Assembly: GCA_949358305.1 (NCBI GenBank)
Contig: OX442314.1
Span: 2,356,001 to 2,420,000 of the forward strand
Reading direction: 5' to 3'
Source of the DNA: Strigamia acuminata
Lineage: Eukaryota
Length of the DNA stretch: 64,000 nt
The notes beneath the pieces are model-generated. The model did not search any database. It was given only the letters and a program-made list of their open reading frames with translations, and was not told where the DNA came from. How positions within the stretch are numbered: the stretch's first letter is position 1; the number at the start of each line of letters is the position of its first letter. A program made the translations under genes and the position numbers. Below are positions 1 to 12,004 of the stretch, one piece after another.

Positions 1-845
1 GTTTAACCTTCGGAAGCGAGTGCACCCGCAAAATCCGCACTTTGGGAGTGACTATTCTTCGGATTCCGGCAGGGCCAAACTCTTCCGGAAAATGTCCGGG
101 GGAATGCTGAGAGTGCCGATAGACGACATTCGATTTTATGTCGTGGGTTTTTGTGCGGTTTGCGCCGTGTTTATTATTCGTACGAGATTTGGTATTTTCG
201 CAGGGTTGTTGTCGCGCGAGATTCATCGAGGTAAAGCGAGTTCATCAACGACCTCGCCGATGAATGTTGCTAAAAATCTGTGCAAGTGTTGTCAAATATT
301 GCCGTGATTCGATGGAATTTTTGTCAGACATTGGGAAATTTTTTTTGACTTGTCCAACGCGCCAGTAAATCGAGCGTCCACACGCGCCCACATGCGTGAA
401 CAGTGCACTCGCCCTCCCGCCCCGTCGGCGTAGGCGCCGGCCGTCCCCCCTCTCTCTCTCTCTCTCTCTTCCGCCCGTCACCGAATTTTGTCAATATCTG
501 ATAAATTTCCACAGAATTGCAGCGACATTGTACGGGATATTTCTGCCCGATTTGACGGACTTATGTAAAACATTGCTGAAATTCCGTGGAAATTTATAAA
601 ATATTGACAAAGGTTGGTGACCGACCCACGGCGCGTTGCGGCGCGGTCGGAGCACGCGACCCGATCCCCCCCTCCCCCCGTCCCCAAAAAACCACGCCTC
701 GAGGAACCCCGAAGTTCGGTTTCCGACCGGGTCGCCTCTTGATCCGACCCGGGGCGCGTCACGGCGCGGTCGGAGGACGGCCCTCGCCCCCAAAAACCAC
801 ACTCCGGGTCACGTGGTCTCGCACCCGACTCTCTCAGTTTTCCCG

Positions 846-1400
846 TTACGGGATCATGACGGGCCGTTACGGGATCGTGACGGGACCGTCGGCGGCCCGT
901 TAACGGCCCGTGCGGGCCGTTACGGGATCGTGACGGAACCGTCGGCGGCCCGTTAACGGCCCGTACGACCCCATGCGGGCCGTTGACGGGCCGTTAACGG
1001 GCCGTTAACGGGCCGTTAACGGGCCGTTAACGGGCCGTTAACGGGCCGTGACGGTGTAAATCGAAAAAATCAACAACCGACAACACGTACATGAAAACGC
1101 GTACAACATTCATAGACATTAATCTCGAATCCTGTTTTTGGTTTTACGCCGTTAACGGGTCGTTAACGGCCCGTTAACGGCCCGCATGAGGTCGTACGGG
1201 CCGTCGGCGAGCCGAAGTCCGGGAACGAAGGCCGTTACGGGATCGTGACGGTCCCGTCGGCGGCCCGTTAACGGCCCGTGCGGGCCGTTACGGGATCGTG
1301 ACGGGACCGTCGGCGGCCCGTTAACGGCCCGTGCGGGTCGTTTTCGACCCGTTGCGGCCGTTTTCGACCCGTTGCGGCCCGTTTTCGACCCGTTACGGTC
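846..1400. repeat. Palindromic GTTAAC/GGGCCG array flanking a unique ~95-bp AT-rich core (core 1054-1148)
   Basis: 11-bp and ~48-bp units on both sides of the core in opposite orientations. Confidence 0.9.
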
Positions 1401-4289
1401 CTTGGCCGTAACGGGCCGAAAACGGGAAAACTGAAAAAGTCGAGTGCGAGACCACGTGACCCGGAGTGTGGTTTTTGGGGACGAGGGCCGTCCTCCGGCC
1501 GCGCCGCGGCGCGTCGTGGGTCGGGCGAGAAACGGCCCGGTCGGAAACCGAACCTCGGGGTTCCTCAAGGTGTGGTTTTTGGGACTGGGGGAGGGGAAAG
1601 AGACGTCCTCCGGCCGCGCCGCGACGCGCCGTGGGTCGGACAAGAGAGAGAAAGACAACCTGGTCGGGGGGAGGGAAGTGGGCCGTTCTCCGACCACGTT
1701 GCAACGCGTCGCGAGTCCACATTACTACGTGTATCTCAACAACCGTTCAACTTAAAGACTCGTACTTTGTTTAAAAAAAAAAGCCAACAGCCAGTTTAAT
1801 TAAGGTGTCTACTTTGCCACGAGAAGAAGCGGTATGACACGATCGCACTCGCTCGTCGGATTCCGCGAAACTCATCAACCCGGGGATTGCGCGCGGCAGC
1901 GCATAAAAAAACTCTTGACCCGAAAATAACGTGGGGTTATATGAAAACCTGGATTTGGTATTTCGTAAACACACGCGCCGACGCATGGGGAATGTGGGAG
2001 TCCCTCCCCTGTGTTCCGAACGAGTCAATTTCGTCCCGAAAATATCCCGAAATTGCCGATATATGCATTTCGAGCCAGAAATATTGATCTTTATTTAAAT
2101 GTTGATTGTTTAGCATTTTTTTTTACATTTCACCAATTTTCCTTATGTCCTGCCTTCCTCGCTCATTTAACACCAAAATGGCCTGCATTGAGGATTATTC
2201 CCATAATCCTTTTCGCACGTATGGAGCGCAAACAGTCGCAATAAATGAATTCAGCGGAATTCGACCTTGAGTTTGCGACGCCATCTTGAATACGAGTAAA
2301 GCACAGAATGGTGTCAATCATTCGAATTGATTAAAAATACAGACAAATCGATTAAAAACCAGCAAAAAACTAAATCGACAAAATCATTTAAAAATCAACA
2401 GATATCCATTTTGTTTGTTTTTGAACAAATTAAGAACTTTGAAAACACACCACAATTTTAAAAAGTAAACACTGGGGTCAAATAGGCGCCGAGACTCGTT
2501 TAAACGGGTGTGTGATGTGTGTCGCGGAGGCGGTGTGCGCGTTCGTGCGCAATATCGCGTGTAATGCGCACGTCTGAGTGAGCACGAGAAAAATGGTGCA
2601 CGCTGGCGGTTTACCGATGTGTCGAAGTCGGCGTACGAGCGCGACTCGCGTCGTACGTCTCAGAAAACATAAATACGGTGGTTTGGTGTTTATATCTAAC
2701 GCACCAAACATGAACCAACTAGCAAATATACAAAACTAACAGTTATTTTAATAAAACAAGGTAACTTACATAGTTGAAACCAAAAAGGAATTTAAAGGTG
2801 ACAAAAGACATTGCCGTCGCCATGTGCGCGCTCGCTTATGTCAAACTGGGAAAATTAATAAACGTCCCGGCAGCACGATAGGCTTTTTAAACGCACATTT
2901 CATTTTCACGTGAACAAAACATGACGTTTAGTACTGCTCCAACATCTCCCCAACAACACCGACCGTTCCCTTTCTGACCGACAGCACCCCGTTGAAATCC
3001 GGGCTGATTCCCGCCTTGGAGATGACCACCGAAGGCGAGAACCAAGACGCGGTCGTGGCAAAGGATATGCCCGAAACCCCGACCTTCTTTGTAGACAAGG
3101 AGTTGGACGCCGATGAGCGTTGGACGCGGGCACCGTCCACGCACGCCCGTGCACGCGCGATGTACTTTTTGCAATATCTGACAAAACTTGCCCGACGCTT
3201 AAGAAAGAACCGCGCATGAATCGAGCAAAATTCCCACATAATTTGTATAAAAAGCGGTCCAACTCATAAATTGAAGCTCTCGTGCAGCGCAGTGAATTCA
3301 AACAATGGCGACAGAGAAATTAAAAACAAGTCTAATTTATTCGACATAGGAACACTGGTGTACAATAGAAAATGCGTGTGTGGTGCAACAATTGAAATTG
3401 CACGCGCTCAAAACAATTAGCAAAATAAAATCATACAAAACATCGAGACTGACGAGAGAGACGAGAGTCCACGCGATATACTCGCGTGGGCGCGTGTTGA
3501 ACGTGCGCACGACGCGCAAGAACCGCACAAACTGAGTCGAGGAACCACTAAAATTAAACACATGTCCGATGCAAAAACAATTATCAATAAATACATCATT
3601 ATCGTTGCTGTTTGCAAGGAAATTGCCAAAAGTCGGTGACTGGCGGCGGGGCGAGTCCCGGGCGGAGGGGCGAGCATTGGCGGCCGAGAGGGAGAGAGAG
3701 GACGGCCGGGGCTCCCGCCGACGGTCGTAGGGGCGAGCCTTGGCGGGTTGGACGTGCGCATCGTCCACGCACGTGGGCGCGTGATTTACTGGCGCGTTGG
3801 ACGAGTTCTAAAAAAATTCTCCAAAATCTGACAAAACTGGCAACGATTTTTGATAAATTTCCACGGAATTTCAGCAATATTTTGCGAGACATTTCTGCCC
3901 GATTGGACGGGCTTCTGTAAAACAGTGTTCTTAAAATCTGTGGAAATCAATTAAATGTCGTTAAAAATCGTTGCAAGTTTTGTCAGATTTTGGAGAATTT
4001 TTTTAAAACTCGTCCAACGCGCCAGTAAATCGAGCTCCCACACGCGCCCACATGCACGTCCAATCCGCATGGGCACTGTCACATCGGACGTTTGTTGCGT
4101 GCAAAACTTGCACCGACTTTTGGCCATTTTTGGTTAAACTTCCGCACAATTTCTGCCCGATTGGACACTGAGGTTCGGTTTCCGACCGGGTCGTTTCTTG
4201 TCCGACCCGCGGCGCGTCGCGGCGCGGCCGGAGGACGGCCCTCGTCCCCAAAAACCACACTCCGAGTCACGGGTCGCACGGCCAACAGG

Positions 4290-5240
4290 CCGTGACGGGC
4301 CGTAGCGGGTCGAAAACGGGCCGTTAACGGCCCGTTGACGGCCCGTTAGCGGCCCGCATGAGGTCGCACGGGCCGTCGGCGAGCCGAAGTCCGGGAACGA
4401 AGGCCGTTACGGGACCGTGACGGGACCGTCGGCGGCCCGTTAACGGCCCGTGCGAGCCGTTACGGGACCGTGACGGGACCGTCGGCGGCCCGTTAACGGC
4501 CCGTGCGGGCCGTTACGGGATCGTGACGGGACCGTCGGCGGCCCGTTAACGGCCCGTGCGGGCCGTTACGGGATCGTAACGGGCCGTTAACGGGCCGTTA
4601 ACGGGCCGTTAACGGGCCGTGACGGTGTAAATCGAAAAAATCAACAACCGACAACACGTACATGAAAACGCGTACAACATTCATAGACATTAATCTCGAA
4701 TCCTGTTTTTGGTTTTACGCCGTTAACGGGCCGTTAACGGCCCGTTAACGGCCCGTTAACGGCCCGTTAACGGCCCGCACAGGCCGTGACGGGATCGTGA
4801 CGGGACCGTCGGCGGCCCGTTAACGGCCCGCACGGGCCGTGACGGGATCGTGACGGGACCGTTGGCGGCCCGTTAACGGCCCGCACGGGCCGTGACGGGA
4901 TCGTGACGGGACCGTCGGCGGCCCGTTAACGGCCCGCACGGGCCGTGACGGGATCGTGACGGGACCGTCGGCGGCCCGTTAACGGCCCGCACGGGCCGTG
5001 ACGGGATCGTGACGGGACCGTTGGCGGCCCGTTAACGGCCCGCACGCGCCGTGACGGGACCGTGACGGGACCGTCGGCGGCCCGTTAACGGCCCGTGCGA
5101 GCCGTTACGGGATTGTGACGGGACCGTCGGCGGCCCGTTAACGGCCCGTGCGGGCCGTTTTCGACCCGTTGCGGCCGTTTTCGACCCGTTGCGGCCCGTT
5201 TTCGACCCGTTACGGTCCTTGGCCGTAACGGGCCGAAAAC
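4290..5240. repeat. Second palindromic GTTAAC array with an identical copy of the ~95-bp core (core 4625-4719)
   Basis: Core gtgtaaatcgaaaaaatcaac...gtttttggttttacg matches 1054-1148; ~48-bp unit repeated on both sides. Confidence 0.9.
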
Positions 5241-6893
5241 GGGAAAACTGAAAAAGTCGAGTGCGAGACCACGTGACCCGGAGTGTGGTTTTTGGGGGCG
5301 AGGGCCGTCCTCCGACCGCGCCGTGACGCGCCCCGAGTCGGATCAAGAGGCGACCCGGTCGGAAACCGAACCTCGGGGTTCCTCGAGGCGTGGTTTTTTG
5401 GGGACGGGGGGAGGGGGGGGGGGGGGGGATCGGGTCGCGTGCTCCGACCGCGCCGCAACGCGATGTGGGTCGGTCACCAACTTTTGTCAATTTTTGACAA
5501 ATTTCCACGGAATTTCAGCAACATTTTACGAGACGTTTCTGCCCGACTAGACACGTTTCCGCAGGTTTTAGCAAAACAACGTTAAATTCTGTGGAAATTT
5601 ATCAAATGTTGACAAAATTCTGTGCAAGTTTTGTCAGATACTTACTTACTTACGATATAAACTCGAACGTCGTCCATCGACACTCTCAACATTCCACCGG
5701 ACATTTTCCGGAAGAGTTTGTCCCGATCGGGACCACGCCTCGACGAAGCCCGGGACCCGGTTTCCGACCGGGTCGTTTTTGGCCCAAGTCACGGCGCGTC
5801 GCGGCGCTTTCGGAGCACGCGACCCGATCCCCCCCTCCCCCCGTTCTCAAAAACCACGCCTCGACGAAGCCCGGGACCCGGTTTCCGACCGGGTCGTTTT
5901 TGGCCCAAGTCACGGCGCGTCGCGGCGCGTTCGGAGCACATGAACCGATCCCCCCTCCCTCCCGTCACAAAAACCACGTTTTAGCGAAACCCTTGACCGG
6001 TCACAAAACCCACCGAACACCGAAAAGCAACGAACAAAACGCGCTCGGTCGCACGAACTACTCGGCCAAAACAACATCCGCAAATTCCGCATCACAGTCG
6101 CGATCAACGAAACAACGTATAGGCCGCCGTAATGTTAAAAAGCGGGACCCTTTCGCCCCCGACAAAATCCGCACACATACCCCAAGGATATCCATCTACT
6201 ACGCAAGAATTTAACAATTTCATTTTCAACAAGACAAAAGAAGCTAAAAACAAAGATCAATGTTGGCGTGCTCTAATGCACCCAGCATATTCAAAATTTA
6301 ATGTCAGTGATATTCTACAATATTCTACTACACTTAGTTACATAACTGATGCCTACTTCAAAACAGTAAATCTTTTTCATTTTTTCTCCATACCAAACTA
6401 GAAAAGATTAATCAAATTTAGAAAAAAAAATATTTGCAGCCTAAAATGCGCATTAACCTTACAATTGCAAATTATGAGAATGTGGATTCGACCCCTGCAC
6501 AAGTTTCCAGTCGTAAGTCAACAATAATTCCTGTATTCTTTATTTTTACAAGTTCCTGTAGTTTTTGTTCTAATATGTTGGAGGCATAAAAATGGAGACG
6601 CTTGGCTTTTTGGTGAAATATTAACAGTGATGGTTTTAATCTAAAACAGATGTTTAAAAGTGCGCGGAGCACTAAATACAAAACAGGGCACTGATTGGTC
6701 AGTGCCAAATACAGGTGCACAGGTGGTAAAGACACCTGGCGGACAGGAATATAACATTCAATAAAACAACACTTCCCCTGAATGGCAATATTCCTACATT
6801 TCAAAATTCAAAACATTTTTCTTAAGCAATTTAGACATTTAAACATTAAAGTATTCATTCACAAACAATTCAAAATATTAAAAACAATATTTC

Positions 6894-9800
6894 TTAAACA
6901 ATTTCCTTCAATCCAAATTGGGCGATCAATTCTTCGTGTTTTGGCTTAAAAAGCCCCTTGGTCAACACATCGGCGACCATCTTCTCACTCTCCAGGAATT
7001 CTATGTCGATATCTCCCCGCTCACATGTTTCTCGAACAAAATGGTGGCGAATGTCGATGTGCTTGGTTCTGGAATGAAAAATTGGGTTTCGCACCAATTT
7101 GTGTGCCCCCTGATTATCGCTATAAATGAGGGTCGTTTCTTTCTTCTTGTTGATGTATTTAATTTCGTCTAGGAAGTTTCGCAAGTAGATTGCTTCTTTT
7201 GACGCGTCGGCCAACGCCATATATTCTGCTTCGGTCGACGAGGTTGCGACGGTCTTCTGCTTTCTTGCTTCCCAGCATATTGTCGCGTTCGCGAGTTTAA
7301 AGCAGTAGCCGGTGTACGAGCGACGGTCGTCCAAGTTTGCTCCCCAATCTGCATCCGTGTAGCCGACTAAGTCTTTTCCGGTCTTTTCGAATTTTAGCCC
7401 GAGATTCGATGAGTGCTTCAAATATCTTAGGACGCGTTTTGCTGCTGTCCAATGAGTTCCGGTGAAGCACGTATTATATTGACTTAATGCGCTGACGGTG
7501 TAGGAAATATCGGGTCGAGTGCAAACGGCGAGGTACATGAGTGATCCGATTAAACTTTGGTACGGGAACTTCTCTGGATCCAGTAGCTCTTCGTCGGTCC
7601 CATCCTCCTTTTTCTTGTTTTTCTGCAATTTCTGATTTGCGTCGAGTGGAGTTGTGTTTTTCGAGCAGTCTTGCATTCCGAAACGATTCAGTATGTCCTT
7701 AACGTATTTTTTCTGCGCCATCGTGATTGATTTCGTCTTTTCGTCCTGTTTAAACTCGATTCCCAAGCAGTAGTGAATTTGTCCTAAATCCTTCATTTTG
7801 AACTCGCTCTTCAGGTTCGATTTTAATTTCTCCAAGTTTCTTTTGCAGTTCGTTGCGATGATAAAATCATCCACGTAGATTGCGACGAGCGTGATGACTT
7901 CTCCATTCATTTGGTAATACACGCATGGGTCTGCGTTTGTTGGCTTCAGTCCGTGCTTTTGCAACTTCTCGTCCAGTTTTTTGTACCACTGGCGACCCGA
8001 CTGCTTCAATCCGTATAACGCCTTTTTCATCCGGCAGACTTTTCCTTTCTTGATTTTTATTCCAGCAATAAATTCCAAATATTCGGGGAATTCCATAAAA
8101 ATTTCCTCTTCGATTTCGCCGTTCAAATATGCCGTTATCGCGTCCATTTGGTGTACGGTCAATCCCAACTCGGCTGCGATTGCCATCATCATTCGAATTG
8201 ATCCCGGTCGTGCGACGGGCGCGTAGGTTTCAAAGTAATCGATGCCTGGCTGCTGTGCATATCCTTTGGCGACCAGTCTGGCCTTTCTGCGTTCGATTGA
8301 CCCGTCTGCTTCAAATTTCGTGCGGAGGACCCATCTACATCCGATTACGTTTCTATTTTTTGGTCGGTCGCACTCCTCCCACGTTTCGTTTTCGATTAAA
8401 GCGTCGTACTCTTCCTTCATCGCTTTCATCCATTCTTGTGGGTCGTTTCCATTCAAAGCTTCGGCCGCTGTCGTTGGATCGTCGAGAATTGCTATCTGTG
8501 CAATTTCGTCCAAAACTTCATTAGTTGTTGTCGGATTCTTTCTGGTGTATTTCTTTCTGGGTGGGTCCCCATTTCGATTTGGGTAAGGTTTTGGCGTTCT
8601 CGAGGATCGTCGTGGAATTATTTGCGCGTTTTCATTCTGACGAGGTTCGGCTTCTTCGTGTTGCGTCTCTCTCTCGTCCTCATTATCGGGCTCGTTCTCG
8701 CCTGCGCTCTCGACTTCGTCCTCGGAAATTTCGGTTCCATTCTCGATTTGATCTGTTCTGCAATCGGTGAGAATGTCATTAAAATTATTGTTATTATCGT
8801 TTTCTTCACATTCTTCATTCGTTTCATTTTCCGATTTTTCGACAAATTTCACATCGCGACTTTTTATAATTTTGTTTTCGCTTTTTGACCACAAGCGATA
8901 CGCCTTCGATCCGTCCCAATATCCGATGAGAATACATTCTTTTGACTTCGGTTCGAACTTCCCCTTGTTCGGTTTCTTGTCCAACGCGAAGACTCTGCTT
9001 CCAAAAACTCGAAAATAGTCGACATTCGGTTTTCTTCCGGTCCAGACTTGATGCGGGATTTCATTTTCCAAACTTCTAGTCGGGCATTTATTTCGGATGT
9101 GGCATGCAGTGTTGATTGCTTCCGCCCAATATGAGTTAGGCAATTTTGCTTGCAGTAACATGCATCGTGCCATCTCGATCAAAGTTCTATTCATTCTTTC
9201 CGAGACGCCATTTTGTTCCGGGGTTCGTTCGACGCTGGTTTGGCGCTTTATGCCGTTTTCTTGTAAATATGCGTCGAATTTCTTATTTACATATTCCTTC
9301 CCGTTGTCCGATCGTAAAACTTTTAGTGCGCAACCAGTTTCCCTCTCGCAAAACGTTTTAAATGACTTGAATGCCTCGAAAACTTCGCTTTTGTGCTTCA
9401 GAAAATACACCTTGCACCACCTCGATTTGTCGTCGGTGAAGGTCACGAAGTATCTTGATCCGTTCATGGACTTTGTTGGCATTGGTCCGCAAACGTCCGA
9501 GTGTACAAGTTCCAGCAGTTTTTCGCTTTTTGACGTGGAGTCAGGAAATTTCGTACTTGCGTGCTTCCCCTCGATGCAAGTTTCACAAGTTGGCAGCTTG
9601 GCGTCCTTTTCCAAATTCATTCCGTCCGCCTTTTCGTTTAGTATTTTCAGACTTGACTCGTTCAGGTGCCCAAGTCTTTTGTGCCATTCTTGTATTTTCG
9701 TACTTGCGGGTTTTGCAGGTTTTGATCCGGTTCCGACTTCGATTTCCGCTGCAGTCGCAGCATCCTCGGTCTCGTCGACGATGTAATACAGTCCGTTCCT

Positions 9801-10994
9801 TTTTTCGGCGGTGAATACGATTTCTCCCTTCGGATTTATCACTTCTGCTGACTTATCATCGAAAATCACCTTGTGTCCCCGTTCTGTGATCTTCCCGACC
9901 GACATCAAATTCGTTCGTAGATCTCGCACCAAAAGAGTTTCCGCCAAATCCAGCTTCACATTTCCGTTCCCGGTGTTGACGACAATTTTCGCGGTTCCTT
10001 TTCCGTCGATTTTTGTACTCGCTTTGCTGGCCAAATTCAGTTTTTGGTTTTTCAGGAATTCGATCGTCGAAAATGTTGAATCGTTCGAGCACATGTGGGA
10101 GCTGGCGCCGCTGTCCAAACACCAATTTTTCGGTCGTGACGTCTCGCTTATCAGCGCTGTCTCGATTTGCTCGCAGAAAAATAATTCGTACTTGGATTTC
10201 TCGGCTCTTGATGCGCTTTCCTTCTTGCTTTTACTTCGGCAATCGGCGATTTTGTGGCCAATTTTTCCGCAACCGTGACACTTGTATTTGAAAACTGGCT
10301 TCTCGGTCGAATTCGAATTTTCGTCGCCGTATTTCTTTGGTTGCTTACGTTTTTGGAACGTTTTTCTGGCCATCATGGCGTCCGACACGTCTTCTTTTCC
10401 TTTTCCGCGGGCGATCGACTCGTCTTTGATTTTTCCCTCCAAAACTTCCAGCGATGGCAATTTATCTTGGGATTCTATTGCGCATCGAAAGTTGTCGTAG
10501 GAATTTGGCAAACTCAGTAGCAGTAGAATCGTTGTGAAATCTTCGGGCATTTTAAAATCCATGTCTAGCAATTTGTCTACTAGTTCGAAGAATTCTTTTA
10601 GGTGACTCTCCACGTTTTCTCCGTCCGCCATCTTGTGTGTCGCGAGTCGTTTTAACAACGTGATTTTTCTTGCCGGTCCTTTCGATTGGTACACACTATG
10701 CAACTTCCTCCACAATTCATTTGCGGTGCTGCAATTTTTGGCCATTCGAAGTTCAGATTGCTTTATGTTTAGCAAAATGTCATTTTTGGCTGTTCGATCA
10801 CTTTTCTCCCACGTCTCGATCTCCTTCATACGTTTCGCGTTGCCTTCAATGGTCTCTGGTCGTTTCGACGTACCTTCCGCGTGCACGAGTAGGTCCCGTT
10901 GATCCAAAATTGCTTCCATCTGGATCTTCCATGTGTCGAAGTTTTCCTTTCCCAACGCCTCGATTCGAGCTGAATTTCCGCCGCCGTTCGCCAT
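6894..10994 (-). CDS. Copia Gag-Pol polyprotein, 1366 aa (Gag-CCHC-PR-IN-RT-RNaseH)
   Basis: CHGCGKIGHKIADC knuckle; WCLDSGASSHM protease; WHKRLGH...CETC, HSDVCGP, RSDNG and SERMNR integrase; YVDD RT; YTDADW RNase H; integrase precedes RT. Confidence 0.98.
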   Translation of the reverse strand: MANGGGNSARIEALGKENFDTWKIQMEAILDQRDLLVHAEGTSKRPETIEGNAKRMKEIETWEKSDRTAKNDILLNIKQSELRMAKNCSTANELWRKLHSVYQSKGPARKITLLKRLATHKMADGENVESHLKEFFELVDKLLDMDFKMPEDFTTILLLLSLPNSYDNFRCAIESQDKLPSLEVLEGKIKDESIARGKGKEDVSDAMMARKTFQKRKQPKKYGDENSNSTEKPVFKYKCHGCGKIGHKIADCRSKSKKESASRAEKSKYELFFCEQIETALISETSRPKNWCLDSGASSHMCSNDSTFSTIEFLKNQKLNLASKASTKIDGKGTAKIVVNTGNGNVKLDLAETLLVRDLRTNLMSVGKITERGHKVIFDDKSAEVINPKGEIVFTAEKRNGLYYIVDETEDAATAAEIEVGTGSKPAKPASTKIQEWHKRLGHLNESSLKILNEKADGMNLEKDAKLPTCETCIEGKHASTKFPDSTSKSEKLLELVHSDVCGPMPTKSMNGSRYFVTFTDDKSRWCKVYFLKHKSEVFEAFKSFKTFCERETGCALKVLRSDNGKEYVNKKFDAYLQENGIKRQTSVERTPEQNGVSERMNRTLIEMARCMLLQAKLPNSYWAEAINTACHIRNKCPTRSLENEIPHQVWTGRKPNVDYFRVFGSRVFALDKKPNKGKFEPKSKECILIGYWDGSKAYRLWSKSENKIIKSRDVKFVEKSENETNEECEENDNNNNFNDILTDCRTDQIENGTEISEDEVESAGENEPDNEDERETQHEEAEPRQNENAQIIPRRSSRTPKPYPNRNGDPPRKKYTRKNPTTTNEVLDEIAQIAILDDPTTAAEALNGNDPQEWMKAMKEEYDALIENETWEECDRPKNRNVIGCRWVLRTKFEADGSIERRKARLVAKGYAQQPGIDYFETYAPVARPGSIRMMMAIAAELGLTVHQMDAITAYLNGEIEEEIFMEFPEYLEFIAGIKIKKGKVCRMKKALYGLKQSGRQWYKKLDEKLQKHGLKPTNADPCVYYQMNGEVITLVAIYVDDFIIATNCKRNLEKLKSNLKSEFKMKDLGQIHYCLGIEFKQDEKTKSITMAQKKYVKDILNRFGMQDCSKNTTPLDANQKLQKNKKKEDGTDEELLDPEKFPYQSLIGSLMYLAVCTRPDISYTVSALSQYNTCFTGTHWTAAKRVLRYLKHSSNLGLKFEKTGKDLVGYTDADWGANLDDRRSYTGYCFKLANATICWEARKQKTVATSSTEAEYMALADASKEAIYLRNFLDEIKYINKKKETTLIYSDNQGAHKLVRNPIFHSRTKHIDIRHHFVRETCERGDIDIEFLESEKMVADVLTKGLFKPKHEELIAQFGLKEIV

Positions 10995-11100
10995 CGTTTC
11001 TTAGTTCTGTTTCTTGTGGAATGTTCGTGTTAAATTCGTTTTTAACTTCCTCGAATGTTCCGGTACAAAACTTGATGATTTTTAAGCGCAGTGGAAGCGT

Positions 11101-11115
11101 GCTGGGCCCATAACC
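11101..11115 (-). other. Copia primer-binding site (internal half-tRNAiMet type)
   Basis: GGTTATGGGCCCAGC directly after the 5' LTR, the same type as Drosophila copia. Confidence 0.85.
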
Positions 11116-11819
11116 TGTAGTTTTTGTTCTAATATGTTGGAGGCATAAAAATGGAGACGCTTGGCTTTTTGGTGAAATATTAACAGTGATGGTTTTAATC
11201 TAAAACAGATGTTTAAAAGTGCGCGGAGCACTAAATACAAAACAGGGCACTGATTGGTCAGTGCCAAATACAGGTGCACAGGTGGTAAAGACACCTGGCG
11301 GACAGGAATATAACATTCAATAAAACAACAGTTCCTTTCTCCCTTAGCAATTTTGTTCCCATATGGGAATGCTGCTCATAAGATGGTCGTAAATCTTAAT
11401 TTTCCCAAGGAATGTGAAAGGGTTCTCGTGAGTATTTAATTTCATCGACAATTCTCACAATTTATTTTGCATTTCTCACAACCACAAAGTTACACACCAC
11501 ATTTCTAAAAGAATGAGCTGTCAAAATTGTGAAATATTTCATAATAAAATTTAATAATCATTCTTGAAACCATTGCATTCAAATTCAAGGTGATAATAGA
11601 TCCATCAGCAGTCGTTTATGATTCATACGCGAGTCCAAAAACTTCCTTAAGAAACCATGGCAAACATACCGTTGGAATTAGGGTGCAAGAAGTAAGGATC
11701 AAATTAATAATTAATTTAAACAGAAAAGTGAATTATTTTCTAGCCATTAATCGGAAGCATTTCTTCAATTAATCAGTTTTATTTAAGCACAACTGCTAAT
11801 TATTTCCTAATCGGTAATA

Positions 11820-12004
11820 AGGGCTGTCAGTAATTTACGTGATGCTGTGTTTTGGTTGACTAGAATTAACATGAACACTTAACATCAAATCTCTGTAACA
11901 AGGTCGTAACAAATTCCTTCCCTCCCTCTAGGAAGGAAGGGAATTTGATAATAAGATAATAAATAGAACCGCCCTAAGACGCTACGTAATTTAGGGAAGG
12001 CCCC
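11820..12004. mobile_element. Degenerate MITE in an intron of gene A
   Basis: Imperfect TIRs agggctgtcagtaatttacgt / acgtaatttagggaaggcccc. Confidence 0.5.

Larger units (their letters stand above)
1..6187. mobile_element. GC-rich element built of nested inverted repeats (probable right part of a large DNA transposon), inserted in exon 1 of DEG/ENaC gene A
   Basis: Inverted pairs 72-144/5651-5724, 565-847/5239-5527 and 3785-3860/3963-4030. Arrays of CGGGCCGTTAACGGCCCG-type palindromes. A ~122-bp direct repeat pair at 5731-5975. It ends ...CCCCAAGG immediately before ATAT CCA TCT, where homology to exon 1 of gene B resumes. No transposase seen in the window. Confidence 0.65.
6557..11330 (-). 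mobile_element. Full-length Ty1/Copia LTR retrotransposon
   Basis: Identical 215-bp LTRs 6557-6771 and 11116-11330 (TG...CA); 5-bp TSD GTTCC (6552-6556, 11331-11335); PBS GGTTATGGGCCCAG; PPT CAGGGGAAG; single intact ORF. Confidence 0.98.

Noticed and set aside
1..12. TTAA|CCTT at the window start as the left piggyBac end of the GC-rich element
   Set aside because: Only a few bases match the right end, the flanks differ (TTAA versus ATAT), and there is no upstream context to test it.
20..6214. Numerous 60-200-aa ORFs in the GC-rich region
   Set aside because: They are translations of repeats, open in several frames on both strands, with no recognisable domain. Exon-like stretches at 1803-2087 and 2932-3219 may be real but cannot be supported.
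6918..11113. Plus-strand ORFs overlapping Copia pol, and likewise those opposite the Gypsy ORFs and TOGARAM1 exon 1
   Set aside because: Antisense shadows of real coding sequence.
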